From Anaerosacchariphilus polymeriproducens (GTDB taxonomy: Bacteria > Bacillota > Clostridia > Lachnospirales > Lachnospiraceae), in NCBI RefSeq assembly GCF_003363435.1, contig NZ_QRCT01000049.1, forward strand, positions 357,403 through 421,402: 64,000 bases of DNA, written 5' to 3'. Each line of letters starts with the position of its first letter. Position 1 is the stretch's first letter. Under the pieces are notes generated by a model. The model was given only the letters and a program-made list of their open reading frames with translations. It was not told the origin of the DNA and searched no databases. Positions 42,968 through 51,349 of this stretch are shown piece by piece. A program made the position numbers and the translations under genes.

Positions 42968-43254
42968 TACGAGCCTCCCGGTATATCTTCTATTTTGACA
43001 TAAGATTCTTTCTTTGGAAACACCTCTTCCATCGGATAGATTGAAATTAAAAACGCCTCTTCTTTTCTAAGAGCAATCATAGCTCCACGTATATTATAAA
43101 CAGTTGGATCTCCAAAAGGTCCTTTTCTGACTACTTCTATTCGGGTTCCTTTGGTAAGTCCAAGTGCTAACATCCTTTCTCTTAACATTCCGGTAGATAA
43201 TAATTCATCAACTGTAACACAACTTCCTACGGCTGCATGATCCAATTTTGGCAT
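42967..43254 (-). CDS. feoA: Ferrous iron transport protein FeoA
   Basis: SH3-like FeoA domain (VGSCVTVDEL...GTRIEVVRKGPFGDP). Probable start is the ATG at 43254 (MPKLDH). The ORF-track start at 43266 is a GTG. Confidence 0.75.
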   Translation of the reverse strand: MPKLDHAAVGSCVTVDELLSTGMLRERMLALGLTKGTRIEVVRKGPFGDPTVYNIRGAMIALRKEEAFLISIYPMEEVFPKKESYVKIEDIPGGS

Positions 43255-43448
43255 ACCATTCCCCACCCTGATTCAATTAATAGTTCTAAGTTATTTTATA
43301 ATATGTAAAATATGCGTAGCTGTGAACAGTAAAAAAACACTCCATAACTCGTCAAAAAAACATTCTAAAATCCGAAAAACTTTTGATATAATATAAAATA
43401 ACAATTCATAAAATAATTCTATATAAACATTTTGAAAAGGGAGTAATC

Positions 43449-44168
43449 ATGAAATCAAAATACAGAACTTATATTTTTATATCAGTAGAAGTCGTTCTTT
43501 ATCTAACATTTTTATACTTTGATATACAAAATGCACTAAATGAAGGTTCGGAATTTAAATATGTTAACATTATAAAATATATATCTATATTTCTATGCTT
43601 TTTATTCAGTCTGGCAGAAGGAATACTTAGAAATCATCTATCAGTTTTAACATTTGCACTGGGTTTTTCAGCGATAGCAGATATTTTTTTAATTTTTACC
43701 TCTTATTTTAGTATAGGGATTTTCTTTTTTATTTGTGTTCAGACTTGTTATCGTTACATACTTTCAGGTAAGAAAGGTGTTTTCAAAATGTATGTTTTTT
43801 GCTTTATAGTCTGTGCAATCAGCTATACTATTTTGATAATCTTAAACCTTTCTGTTAATATAACTACCATGATTGCAATTTTCTATTCTTGTTTTTTAAT
43901 TTGCAATGTAATAAAAGCCTGCTTGAAAGCTTTTACTTCCAACCAGACCTCTCTTACTATTTTTTGCGCAGGAATCATACTGCTTTTTCTATGTGATATA
44001 AATGTCGGACTTTATAATTCTAAAGCTATTTTTAACTATGATTTTTCGTTTATACCTTCTTTTTTTATAGAGTTCTCCACGATAGGAATGTGGCTGTTCT
44101 ATTTACCTTCACAAATAATAATGGCTCTTCTCAGTCTAAAGCCGGTGCACTTCTCTTTTTATAAATGA
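43449..44168 (+). CDS. Polytopic membrane protein of unknown function (possibly YhhN/lysoplasmalogenase-like)
   Basis: 239 aa with about 8 TM segments and an AGGGAG SD. Its 3' end overlaps the convergent Lit-like gene by 38 nt. Confidence 0.45.
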   Translation: MKSKYRTYIFISVEVVLYLTFLYFDIQNALNEGSEFKYVNIIKYISIFLCFLFSLAEGILRNHLSVLTFALGFSAIADIFLIFTSYFSIGIFFFICVQTCYRYILSGKKGVFKMYVFCFIVCAISYTILIILNLSVNITTMIAIFYSCFLICNVIKACLKAFTSNQTSLTIFCAGIILLFLCDINVGLYNSKAIFNYDFSFIPSFFIEFSTIGMWLFYLPSQIIMALLSLKPVHFSFYK

Positions 44169-44793
44169 AATACAAAGCAAGACCGCTTAGCATCATTACT
44201 AAAATAATTAAAACTGCACAATGGAGAAAATAAGTATCAGGTAAAATACCTATAACCGGATCTGTCTCAATGGAAAAAATCCAATAATCATTCCGAAAGA
44301 AAATCTTATGGAACAAAATAAATAATTGATTAAAATTTAATGCAATTGCAATTCCAACTACAACAGGAATTATGAAAATTAATATTGCTGCATTTCTTAA
44401 AAATTTAAGTGAACAATCTTTTTTCTTTTTATATATAACGAAAGGTATCAAAATCAGTCCTGTAATTACAAACAAATAGTAAAAACTTATAAAAATCCGT
44501 TTCACTTCTTTAAAATGCTGCAAGCCTGTTTCTGAAGATTTCAATGTTGGAAAATTAAGTTCTCCTCTATAAAATGGAGAATTATAATCTATTAGAGCAT
44601 TATAATTTTCTACAATTTCTTCTTTTTCCATGCCGGAAGTTTCTTCTATTTTCAGCAATGAAATATCGAAATAATATATTGGTCTCAAATTTAGAACCAA
44701 TATAACTCCTGCAGACATAAAAAATAACGTAAAAAGTATTCCAATTATTAAGTCTGTGAAAATATTTATATTGCTTAACTTTGCTTTTTCCAT
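44131..44793 (-). CDS. TIGR01906/DUF1461-family membrane protein (lipoprotein intramolecular transacylase Lit-like)
   Basis: 220 aa. The pattern NYNALIDYNSPFYRGELNFPTLKSSETGLQHFKEVKRIF matches the conserved Y..L..Y...F....L.LP.F..S..G..HF..VK..F block of this family. Four TM segments. Confidence 0.5.
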   Translation of the reverse strand: MEKAKLSNINIFTDLIIGILFTLFFMSAGVILVLNLRPIYYFDISLLKIEETSGMEKEEIVENYNALIDYNSPFYRGELNFPTLKSSETGLQHFKEVKRIFISFYYLFVITGLILIPFVIYKKKKDCSLKFLRNAAILIFIIPVVVGIAIALNFNQLFILFHKIFFRNDYWIFSIETDPVIGILPDTYFLHCAVLIILVMMLSGLALYFIYKKRSAPALD

Positions 44794-44822
44794 AATAAAT
44801 CCCTCTCTTTTGTCAGCTTTTA

Positions 44823-46379
44823 TTATCGCTTATATTTATCAGATTTTTCCCCATACATTCTCTCATCTGCTTTCTTCATTAATTCGTCTATCGTCAATCC
44901 ATCTTCTGGACATCGACTGACTCCAAATGAAATACCGACTTTACAGATATTATTTTCAATATTTACAGCCTCACAAAAGTATTCTCTTAACCTGTCAATA
45001 ACAGCGACTAAATTTGCTTCAATAACTAAATCTGTAAATAGTAATACAAATTCATCTCCTCCAAGACGTGCAAGTGTATCTTTTTTCCGTATTGCAGAAA
45101 GCATCCGTTTTGAAATTTCTAATAATAATTTATCTCCTATATCATGACCATAACGGTCATTTATATTTTTAAACCCATCTAAATCCATAAATATTACTGC
45201 AAATTTTTCACCTGTCATTTTATAATTCTCAATTGCCTGATTTAATTTATTATCAAATAATCTTCGGTTAGCCAAATTCGTCAATTTATCATAATTTGCC
45301 AAATTCTCTAACGTTTGTGTCAATTTTTTATACTCTGTAACGTTATGAAGACTTACTACTACACCCAAAAAACCATCTAGTTTATTTTCAGCTATGGAAT
45401 AAGAGGCAACAGCATCAATAATATTCCCTTCACCATCAATTAACTCTGCCTCCACATTTCTCGGTGCTCTCTTTTGAAACAGATTAATAAGATATTCTTT
45501 TGGATATTTCTTAGAATCATAATAATCAAATAGGGATTTTCCTATCATTTCTTCTGCCTTATATTTCATGAGACTTGCTGTTGCCTGATTACATCGTACA
45601 ATAATTCCATTTCTGTCAATCATAATAATTGGATCCAATACTGTTTCCAAAATCAACTCCGGGGTGGCAGCTTCATTAACATTTAATAATTTGTAATTCC
45701 TTACAATTAATAAAGAACCCACTCCCCAAAAAATTGAAATAATATTAAATAAAGGCGGAAAATCGCTTCCAAATATAGGTAGTATTAAGTCAGTAATATA
45801 TCCAAAAATTATCAAAAACGAATCTACCAGAATTATATTTTTAATTTGTTTTAAAAATTTAATCCGGTTCTCCCTTTTTGCCCATTGATAAGTAAAATAT
45901 AATGCAACCCCTATATAAACAGCCATCTGGACTAAATATATCCAATACCATTCGGATTCTATATTCGAAATGTAAGTCCACCCTAAACCTATATTACTTT
46001 TTTTAATCCCTTTCGCAATAGGAGACTCGTTGCTAAAAAAAGTTTTAATTAGTAATATAAAAGGCAATAAATATAAGCTTACATATATTCTGAGCCTGTT
46101 ATGATTCTTAGCCTTTTCAGAGAGAATCAAAAAGAAATGTGTCGCAAACGGACAAAACATAATCCAGCCAATTGCGCTTATTTTGTGCCAGATCATCGCT
46201 TCATTTGCTGTATCTGACATATAAAAAAATACAAATGCAAAATCCCAGATAGCAAAACAAAAATCTACACAGGCACCGATTATATTTATTTCTTGTTTTG
46301 GATTAAGTTTTATAATATATAGTCCTAATAGAACGAAGCTATAAAAATTAAAAAAGGATAGTAAAGATAATAAAAACAT
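44823..46379 (-). CDS. Sensor diguanylate cyclase: N-terminal multi-TM sensor + PAS + GGDEF
   Basis: 518 aa. Six or seven N-terminal TMs, a central PAS-like region (ILETVLDPIIMIDRNGIIVRCNQA...) and a GGDEF domain with an intact GGDEF motif (RLGGDEFVLLF). Confidence 0.85.
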   Translation of the reverse strand: MFLLSLLSFFNFYSFVLLGLYIIKLNPKQEINIIGACVDFCFAIWDFAFVFFYMSDTANEAMIWHKISAIGWIMFCPFATHFFLILSEKAKNHNRLRIYVSLYLLPFILLIKTFFSNESPIAKGIKKSNIGLGWTYISNIESEWYWIYLVQMAVYIGVALYFTYQWAKRENRIKFLKQIKNIILVDSFLIIFGYITDLILPIFGSDFPPLFNIISIFWGVGSLLIVRNYKLLNVNEAATPELILETVLDPIIMIDRNGIIVRCNQATASLMKYKAEEMIGKSLFDYYDSKKYPKEYLINLFQKRAPRNVEAELIDGEGNIIDAVASYSIAENKLDGFLGVVVSLHNVTEYKKLTQTLENLANYDKLTNLANRRLFDNKLNQAIENYKMTGEKFAVIFMDLDGFKNINDRYGHDIGDKLLLEISKRMLSAIRKKDTLARLGGDEFVLLFTDLVIEANLVAVIDRLREYFCEAVNIENNICKVGISFGVSRCPEDGLTIDELMKKADERMYGEKSDKYKR

Positions 46380-46657
46380 AGTTTTACCTCATATAATTAT
46401 TTCCTTCTGAATTTTCAATTTTAAACAAACATTCAAAATTTCTCATGAAATCAAGTATACTATATGGGTTTCTAATAAAATCTATGCTACCTATTTTAAA
46501 AGAACTACATTTTAAGAAAAAAACTCTAAATATATTAAGTTTTTATTGTATTTTTTACAAAGTTAGTGTAAATTTAAACCGTATCAAAAAAACGGTGGTA
46601 AGGAATTGAGCTATAAACTCATTCTAACAAAAACGAAAGATGGAAGGAAGTAAAAAT

Positions 46658-47413
46658 ATGTTTACATGTAAAAATCTTTTTGACAATGAAAATATAAAAA
46701 TAATTTCACAAATGGGAAATATAAAAGTTTTGGAACATCAAATGGACTTAAGCGTATTACCAGGTAATGCTATCGACGCTTACTATTCAGCCAAAATGAA
46801 TATTCGTAAAAGACAAGTTGTAATTGAGCTTAATGATAATTCCTATACACTATCTTCAGGTTCAATGCAATGGACTTGCGGTAACATCCAAATGACATCA
46901 GGAATAAAAGGTGTTGGTGACTTTTTAGGAAAAGCCTTGTCTGCGAAAGTATCAAAGGAATCAGCTATTAAACCAGAGTATAAAGGGACAGGATTAATAA
47001 TGCTTGAACCTACTTTTAAACATATATTATTAGAAAATATTGCTGATTGGGATGGACTTGTATTGGAAGACGGATTATTCTTAGCTTGTGATTCAACTGT
47101 AAAACAAACAATTACTGCAAGATCTAATTTATCTTCTGCCGCTTTAGGTGGTGAAGGTTTATTTAACCTCTGCTTACAAGGTAACGGTGTTGCTGTTCTT
47201 GAAAGTCCTGTTCCAAGAGAAGAATTAATTGTATTTGATTTAAAAGATGATGAATTAAAAATAGATGGAAACATGGCAATAGCATGGTCTAAATCTTTAA
47301 AATTTACAGTTGAAAAATCTTCAAAAAGTTTAGTCACTTCTGCTGTTTCCGGAGAAGGATTTGTCAATGTATATCGTGGAACCGGAAAAGTTCTTATGGC
47401 ACCAACACGTTAA
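46658..47413 (+). CDS. AIM24/TIGR00266 (DUF124) family protein
   Basis: Beta-rich, family-typical sequence throughout. Probable start MFTCKNLF at 46658 with a GGAAGGAAG SD; the ORF track starts at 46640. Confidence 0.7.
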   Translation: MFTCKNLFDNENIKIISQMGNIKVLEHQMDLSVLPGNAIDAYYSAKMNIRKRQVVIELNDNSYTLSSGSMQWTCGNIQMTSGIKGVGDFLGKALSAKVSKESAIKPEYKGTGLIMLEPTFKHILLENIADWDGLVLEDGLFLACDSTVKQTITARSNLSSAALGGEGLFNLCLQGNGVAVLESPVPREELIVFDLKDDELKIDGNMAIAWSKSLKFTVEKSSKSLVTSAVSGEGFVNVYRGTGKVLMAPTR

Positions 47414-47492
47414 TTTCACTTACTAATTTTAAAAATCTAAATACATAATATCTATCATTTTACGCATCCTAACTAAGAAGTGAGGTGATATA

Positions 47493-47669
47493 ATGATAGA
47501 TAATGACGAGCTGCCAATTGGTTTTACAATGGAACTTGCACTTCATTCAGATGTTCTTAATAAATTTGCCCGCTTACCTAAAGAAGAACAAGATTCTATA
47601 ACAAATGGAGCACGACAAGTAAACAGTCATGATGAAATGCGAAATTATGTAGAATCTATTTTCAAGTAA
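47493..47669 (+). CDS. Small acidic cytosolic protein (58 aa) of unknown function
   Basis: MIDNDELPIGFTMELALHSDVLNKFARLPKEEQDSITNGARQVNSHDEMRNYVESIFK. A GAGGTGA SD lies 7 nt upstream and a clean terminator follows immediately. Not in ORF track because it is under 60 aa. Confidence 0.5.
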   Translation: MIDNDELPIGFTMELALHSDVLNKFARLPKEEQDSITNGARQVNSHDEMRNYVESIFK

Positions 47670-47700
47670 ATACTCCCTAAATGGGAGTATTACTTTTTTT
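47670..47700 (+). terminator. Rho-independent terminator after the 58-aa gene
   Basis: ATACTCCC-TAAAT-GGGAGTAT followed by TACTTTTTTT. Confidence 0.75.
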
Positions 47701-47707
47701 AACTCTT

Positions 47708-48097
47708 TTATGCAACAATTTCTATCATATTCTGTTCTGGATCTAAAATACAGCTTTCATAATAACCGTCTCCAGTTGTTCTTGGTCCACTGATAACTTG
47801 ATATCCATCATCTTTTAGAGTTTCTGTTAGTTCATCTACTTTCTCTTGATTCCCTACACTAAAAGCCACATGAATATAACCGCACCTCTCTAATGTCCCT
47901 TCTTTTTGAGTCACATTAGGTTTATTCATAATTTCTATCCTTGTCCCATCTTCAAAAGATAAAAAATATGTTTGCAGCCCTGTTTTTACATTATGATATT
48001 TTGAATTCGCCGACGCTCCAAAATATTTAATATAAAAATCTTTCATTGCTTCCAAATCATTCACGTATAATGCAATATGATTTACCTGCATCATCAC
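47708..48097 (-). CDS. VOC-family (glyoxalase/bleomycin-resistance/dioxygenase fold) protein
   Basis: 129 aa. N-terminal VNHIALYVNDLEAMKDFY is typical of the glyoxalase fold. Confidence 0.8.
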   Translation of the reverse strand: MMMQVNHIALYVNDLEAMKDFYIKYFGASANSKYHNVKTGLQTYFLSFEDGTRIEIMNKPNVTQKEGTLERCGYIHVAFSVGNQEKVDELTETLKDDGYQVISGPRTTGDGYYESCILDPEQNMIEIVA

Positions 48098-48269
48098 AAC
48101 CCCTTTCCTTATTAATAAACATCATTGTATCACTAAACTATATTTATGAATAGCTTTTCATTAAAGTTTAACCATTTAACTCTTATTCAGAAAAAAGGAC
48201 CTAATTCAAAGATTTACTTTGATTAGACCCACTTTTCCTAAAATATATTAGATTTTCATAACTCCTAAA

Positions 48270-50330
48270 CTAAATTTCTGTTTCTTTTTTATCTGCATCC
48301 TCAATAGATTCTATTTCCGTTGAGTCTAATGCATTTTCATTTGAGATTACATTATCCTTCGTAGACTCAGCTCTTTCTTTTTCTTGAGGCTGCTCATCTA
48401 GTGAAACACCCAATTTATCTAATGTTATAAATTTTAATAGTGTATCCATAACAGAACTACTTGTATTGCTGTTTTCACCATGCTCGTTGTTTCCACCCAT
48501 ATTAACTACTGTCTTCGGAACAATGTCAACTTGTGCGTTCTTAATGGCATCGGAAAGTTTATCCACAACTTCTTGAACAACACGGAACTCAGCTCCACCA
48601 TAAGCTTTGACCTGAGCATCAATTGCCTGCGCTTTTGCCAGACCGATATTAGTCTCTTTGGACGCTTCTGCTTCACCTTCAAGCCGGATCTTTGTAGAAT
48701 TTGCTTTTGCAAGTGCAGTGATCTGATTCGCTTCCTGCTCTGCTTTACTAGCCAATGCAGCACCATTGTTTCTTTCAACTTCAATTTGAATCTTTGATTT
48801 AGTAAGAAACTCTTGCTGTTCAGCTGCTGCCTGTGCTTCACGCAAAGTCTTTTCACTTTCTGCTGCTTCCTGTTGTTTTTGATATGTTACTTTCTTTTCT
48901 TCTGCTATCTGTCTCTCACGAAGCTGTGTCAATATATTTTCTATCATTATATCGCCGGCACTCGTCTTTGGTGTTCCAATTAATACTTCTTCAAGACGTA
49001 AATTATATCTTTGGAATTTTTCTTCCATTTCATTTACTGCACGTTCACGAATTTCACTACGTTCCTGAATCAATTCTATTAAAGTCTTTGTTTGCGCTAC
49101 ATCTTTGAAATACGCACTAACCAAAGGATCCAGGGACTGATTAACCAGCATGCTGATATCTCCGAACCTTTGAATCACCCAAGGTGCTTGCTTATAATCG
49201 ATATGCATTACGACAGAAAGAGGCAGAGATGGCTCAAAGGCATCTTTTGTAATAATATCTACTTCTGTAAGATTTTCATCATATTTATGATTACCGGTCT
49301 CAGATTTATTCCATTTCAAAATAATATTGGTAGTAGGCACAAGCACAACTTTTCCTGCATCTGTATTAAATGCATATTTACCAGGCATTAAAGGTTTTTC
49401 TAAAACACCTTTGCAACCATTTCCAACAAGCTCACCATGTTTATAATCTGCACCGGTCGTATCAACACCTTCTTTGCCATAGAATGATACAACAACTCCA
49501 ACGAATCCAATAGGTACAACTGTCTTCGGTCTATATTCGACCGTCGCAAACAAACGGTTTATATAATAAGTACCATCTGTAAGTACACGTAACTGCTTAC
49601 CACGTTTACCACCAAGTTCCAAGAACTTCTCCGGATCCTGGAAGTTAGAATGTTCCGCTCCTACATCATCTGCAATAATTTCACCATTTTCCAGAGGAGG
49701 ACCGTCATGTACCGTAACAATACACATCTGATCACTCACTTCCTTCTTATTTCCCATTATAATAACCGGTGAAAAAGCTTCTCTTCCGACCAGTGTCTGC
49801 TGCATCGCATTCAGTTCATTACGGTCTTGCTTCGTTATATTGATCGCTTTGATATCATTCGGTGTAATAACAATGAACTGCGCTAAATTAATAGCATAAG
49901 TTCCTTCCCTCAAAATTCCTCTTTGTGGCCCTTTTTGACCGCCACTTTGTAAAAATCCTTTTACATCCTGAAAATTGTCAGCTTCTAAAATAACTCTACC
50001 CAGAGTCTGTGTTGGCGCCAAAGGCTTTCCGTCTCTTGCAAAAATATAAGCAATCTGTCCCTGAGGTATCGTTATCAGCGGATATTTATGAATCTTGTAC
50101 ATAAATACTGACTTGAAATGTATACCACCACGCAGTAAAGTGGGTTCATAACCTGCTTCTCCATTTAATGCAATAATGGAATCTTTCAATGAACCCTTAG
50201 GACTCCACCATTTCTCAACAACAGCTACTTCATTGGAACTAATAATTCTTAGACCTAATATTTGAAATATAATTAAGTAAAAGACTATTAAGGCACCAAG
50301 AATCAAAATCGGAATTAAAAATGTATCCAT
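48270..50330 (-). CDS. Flotillin-like SPFH/band-7 protein with extended coiled-coil and acidic C-terminal tail
   Basis: 686 aa. N-terminal TM, an SPFH domain, long Ala/Glu/Gln-rich heptads (EAAESEKTLREAQAAAEQQEF...) and an acidic tail. No adjacent NfeD gene. Confidence 0.8.
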   Translation of the reverse strand: MDTFLIPILILGALIVFYLIIFQILGLRIISSNEVAVVEKWWSPKGSLKDSIIALNGEAGYEPTLLRGGIHFKSVFMYKIHKYPLITIPQGQIAYIFARDGKPLAPTQTLGRVILEADNFQDVKGFLQSGGQKGPQRGILREGTYAINLAQFIVITPNDIKAINITKQDRNELNAMQQTLVGREAFSPVIIMGNKKEVSDQMCIVTVHDGPPLENGEIIADDVGAEHSNFQDPEKFLELGGKRGKQLRVLTDGTYYINRLFATVEYRPKTVVPIGFVGVVVSFYGKEGVDTTGADYKHGELVGNGCKGVLEKPLMPGKYAFNTDAGKVVLVPTTNIILKWNKSETGNHKYDENLTEVDIITKDAFEPSLPLSVVMHIDYKQAPWVIQRFGDISMLVNQSLDPLVSAYFKDVAQTKTLIELIQERSEIRERAVNEMEEKFQRYNLRLEEVLIGTPKTSAGDIMIENILTQLRERQIAEEKKVTYQKQQEAAESEKTLREAQAAAEQQEFLTKSKIQIEVERNNGAALASKAEQEANQITALAKANSTKIRLEGEAEASKETNIGLAKAQAIDAQVKAYGGAEFRVVQEVVDKLSDAIKNAQVDIVPKTVVNMGGNNEHGENSNTSSSVMDTLLKFITLDKLGVSLDEQPQEKERAESTKDNVISNENALDSTEIESIEDADKKETEI

Positions 50331-50488
50331 ATGTATCCTTCTTTCCCCTAAATTTATTTTATTTTACATAAGATGATTTTACTACTTTTTTATATCATTT
50401 ACAATATTTTTCAAATAATATCATAATACGACTTTTTTCTCCCATGAAAAATGACAGATTAATGAAATGATTAATCTGTCAATAATTA

Positions 50489-51283
50489 TTAATTCGTAGG
50501 TATCTCTTCTTTATTTGTCTTACCCGTACGCAATCTTACTACTACAATTCCACATCCGATCAAAAAGATAAAGATTGATATAAATTGTGACGTAGATAAA
50601 ATCCCTACACTTCCCCGGATCAAGTCTCCTCTGAAAAATTCTATTACAAATCGTCCTACACTATAAAAAATCAAATAAAATCCCGCTATCATTCCATCTT
50701 TTTTCACATATTTTGCCAATATTATCAAAACAAGAAAATGTAGAAAATTTAAAGCACTAGATATTACTTGTGTCGGAATTAATGGAATTCCGTTAGGAGC
50801 ATGTAGGGAATTATGAAATACTACTCCAATTGGACATTTTGTTTCTACACCATAACAACATCCGGCCAGGAAGCATCCTATCCGTCCAAAACCTTGAGCC
50901 AGAGCAATTGATGGCATAACTAAATCGAAATACTTTAAAAAGGTTAATTTTTCTTTTTTGCAAAACAAAAATCCTGCTAAAATCCCTCCAATAATACCTC
51001 CATATACTACAAAACCATCTGAGACATCCAATAATATTTTAGGATTATTTATAATTTCTTTTATTTCAGTTAGATAATATAATATTTTTGCTCCTAATAT
51101 TCCACCTACTAAACACCACATTGTCAAAGAAATAATTAATTGATATTTTAAATTTAGTTTCTTTGCACGATACTCTGCAGTCATATACGCTGCTACAATA
51201 CCGATTGCTATCATTAACCCATATCCATAAACAGTTATCGGTCCTATTGTAAACAATTCATTCTTCAATTTTAATCCTCTCAT
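50489..51283 (-). CDS. lgt: Phosphatidylglycerol:prolipoprotein diacylglyceryl transferase Lgt
   Basis: 264 aa polytopic. Lgt signature region GFGRIGCFLAGCCYG. Confidence 0.85.
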   Translation of the reverse strand: MRGLKLKNELFTIGPITVYGYGLMIAIGIVAAYMTAEYRAKKLNLKYQLIISLTMWCLVGGILGAKILYYLTEIKEIINNPKILLDVSDGFVVYGGIIGGILAGFLFCKKEKLTFLKYFDLVMPSIALAQGFGRIGCFLAGCCYGVETKCPIGVVFHNSLHAPNGIPLIPTQVISSALNFLHFLVLIILAKYVKKDGMIAGFYLIFYSVGRFVIEFFRGDLIRGSVGILSTSQFISIFIFLIGCGIVVVRLRTGKTNKEEIPTN

Positions 51284-51349
51284 CCTTATTATAATCTAGA
51301 TTTTAATTATGGCATCATTGCCAAAACAACGACGCCATAAATTAAACAT

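Noticed and set aside
43267-43448. Possible Fur box in the feoA / membrane-protein divergent intergenic region
   Set aside because: The AT-rich stretch AATAACAATTCATAAAATAATTC only loosely resembles the 19-bp Fur consensus (GATAATGATAATCATTATC). Not distinguishable from background in this AT-rich DNA without a PWM scan.
46843-47367. 174-aa minus-strand ORF
   Set aside because: Antisense inside the AIM24-family gene, which has strong family-specific conservation on the plus strand.
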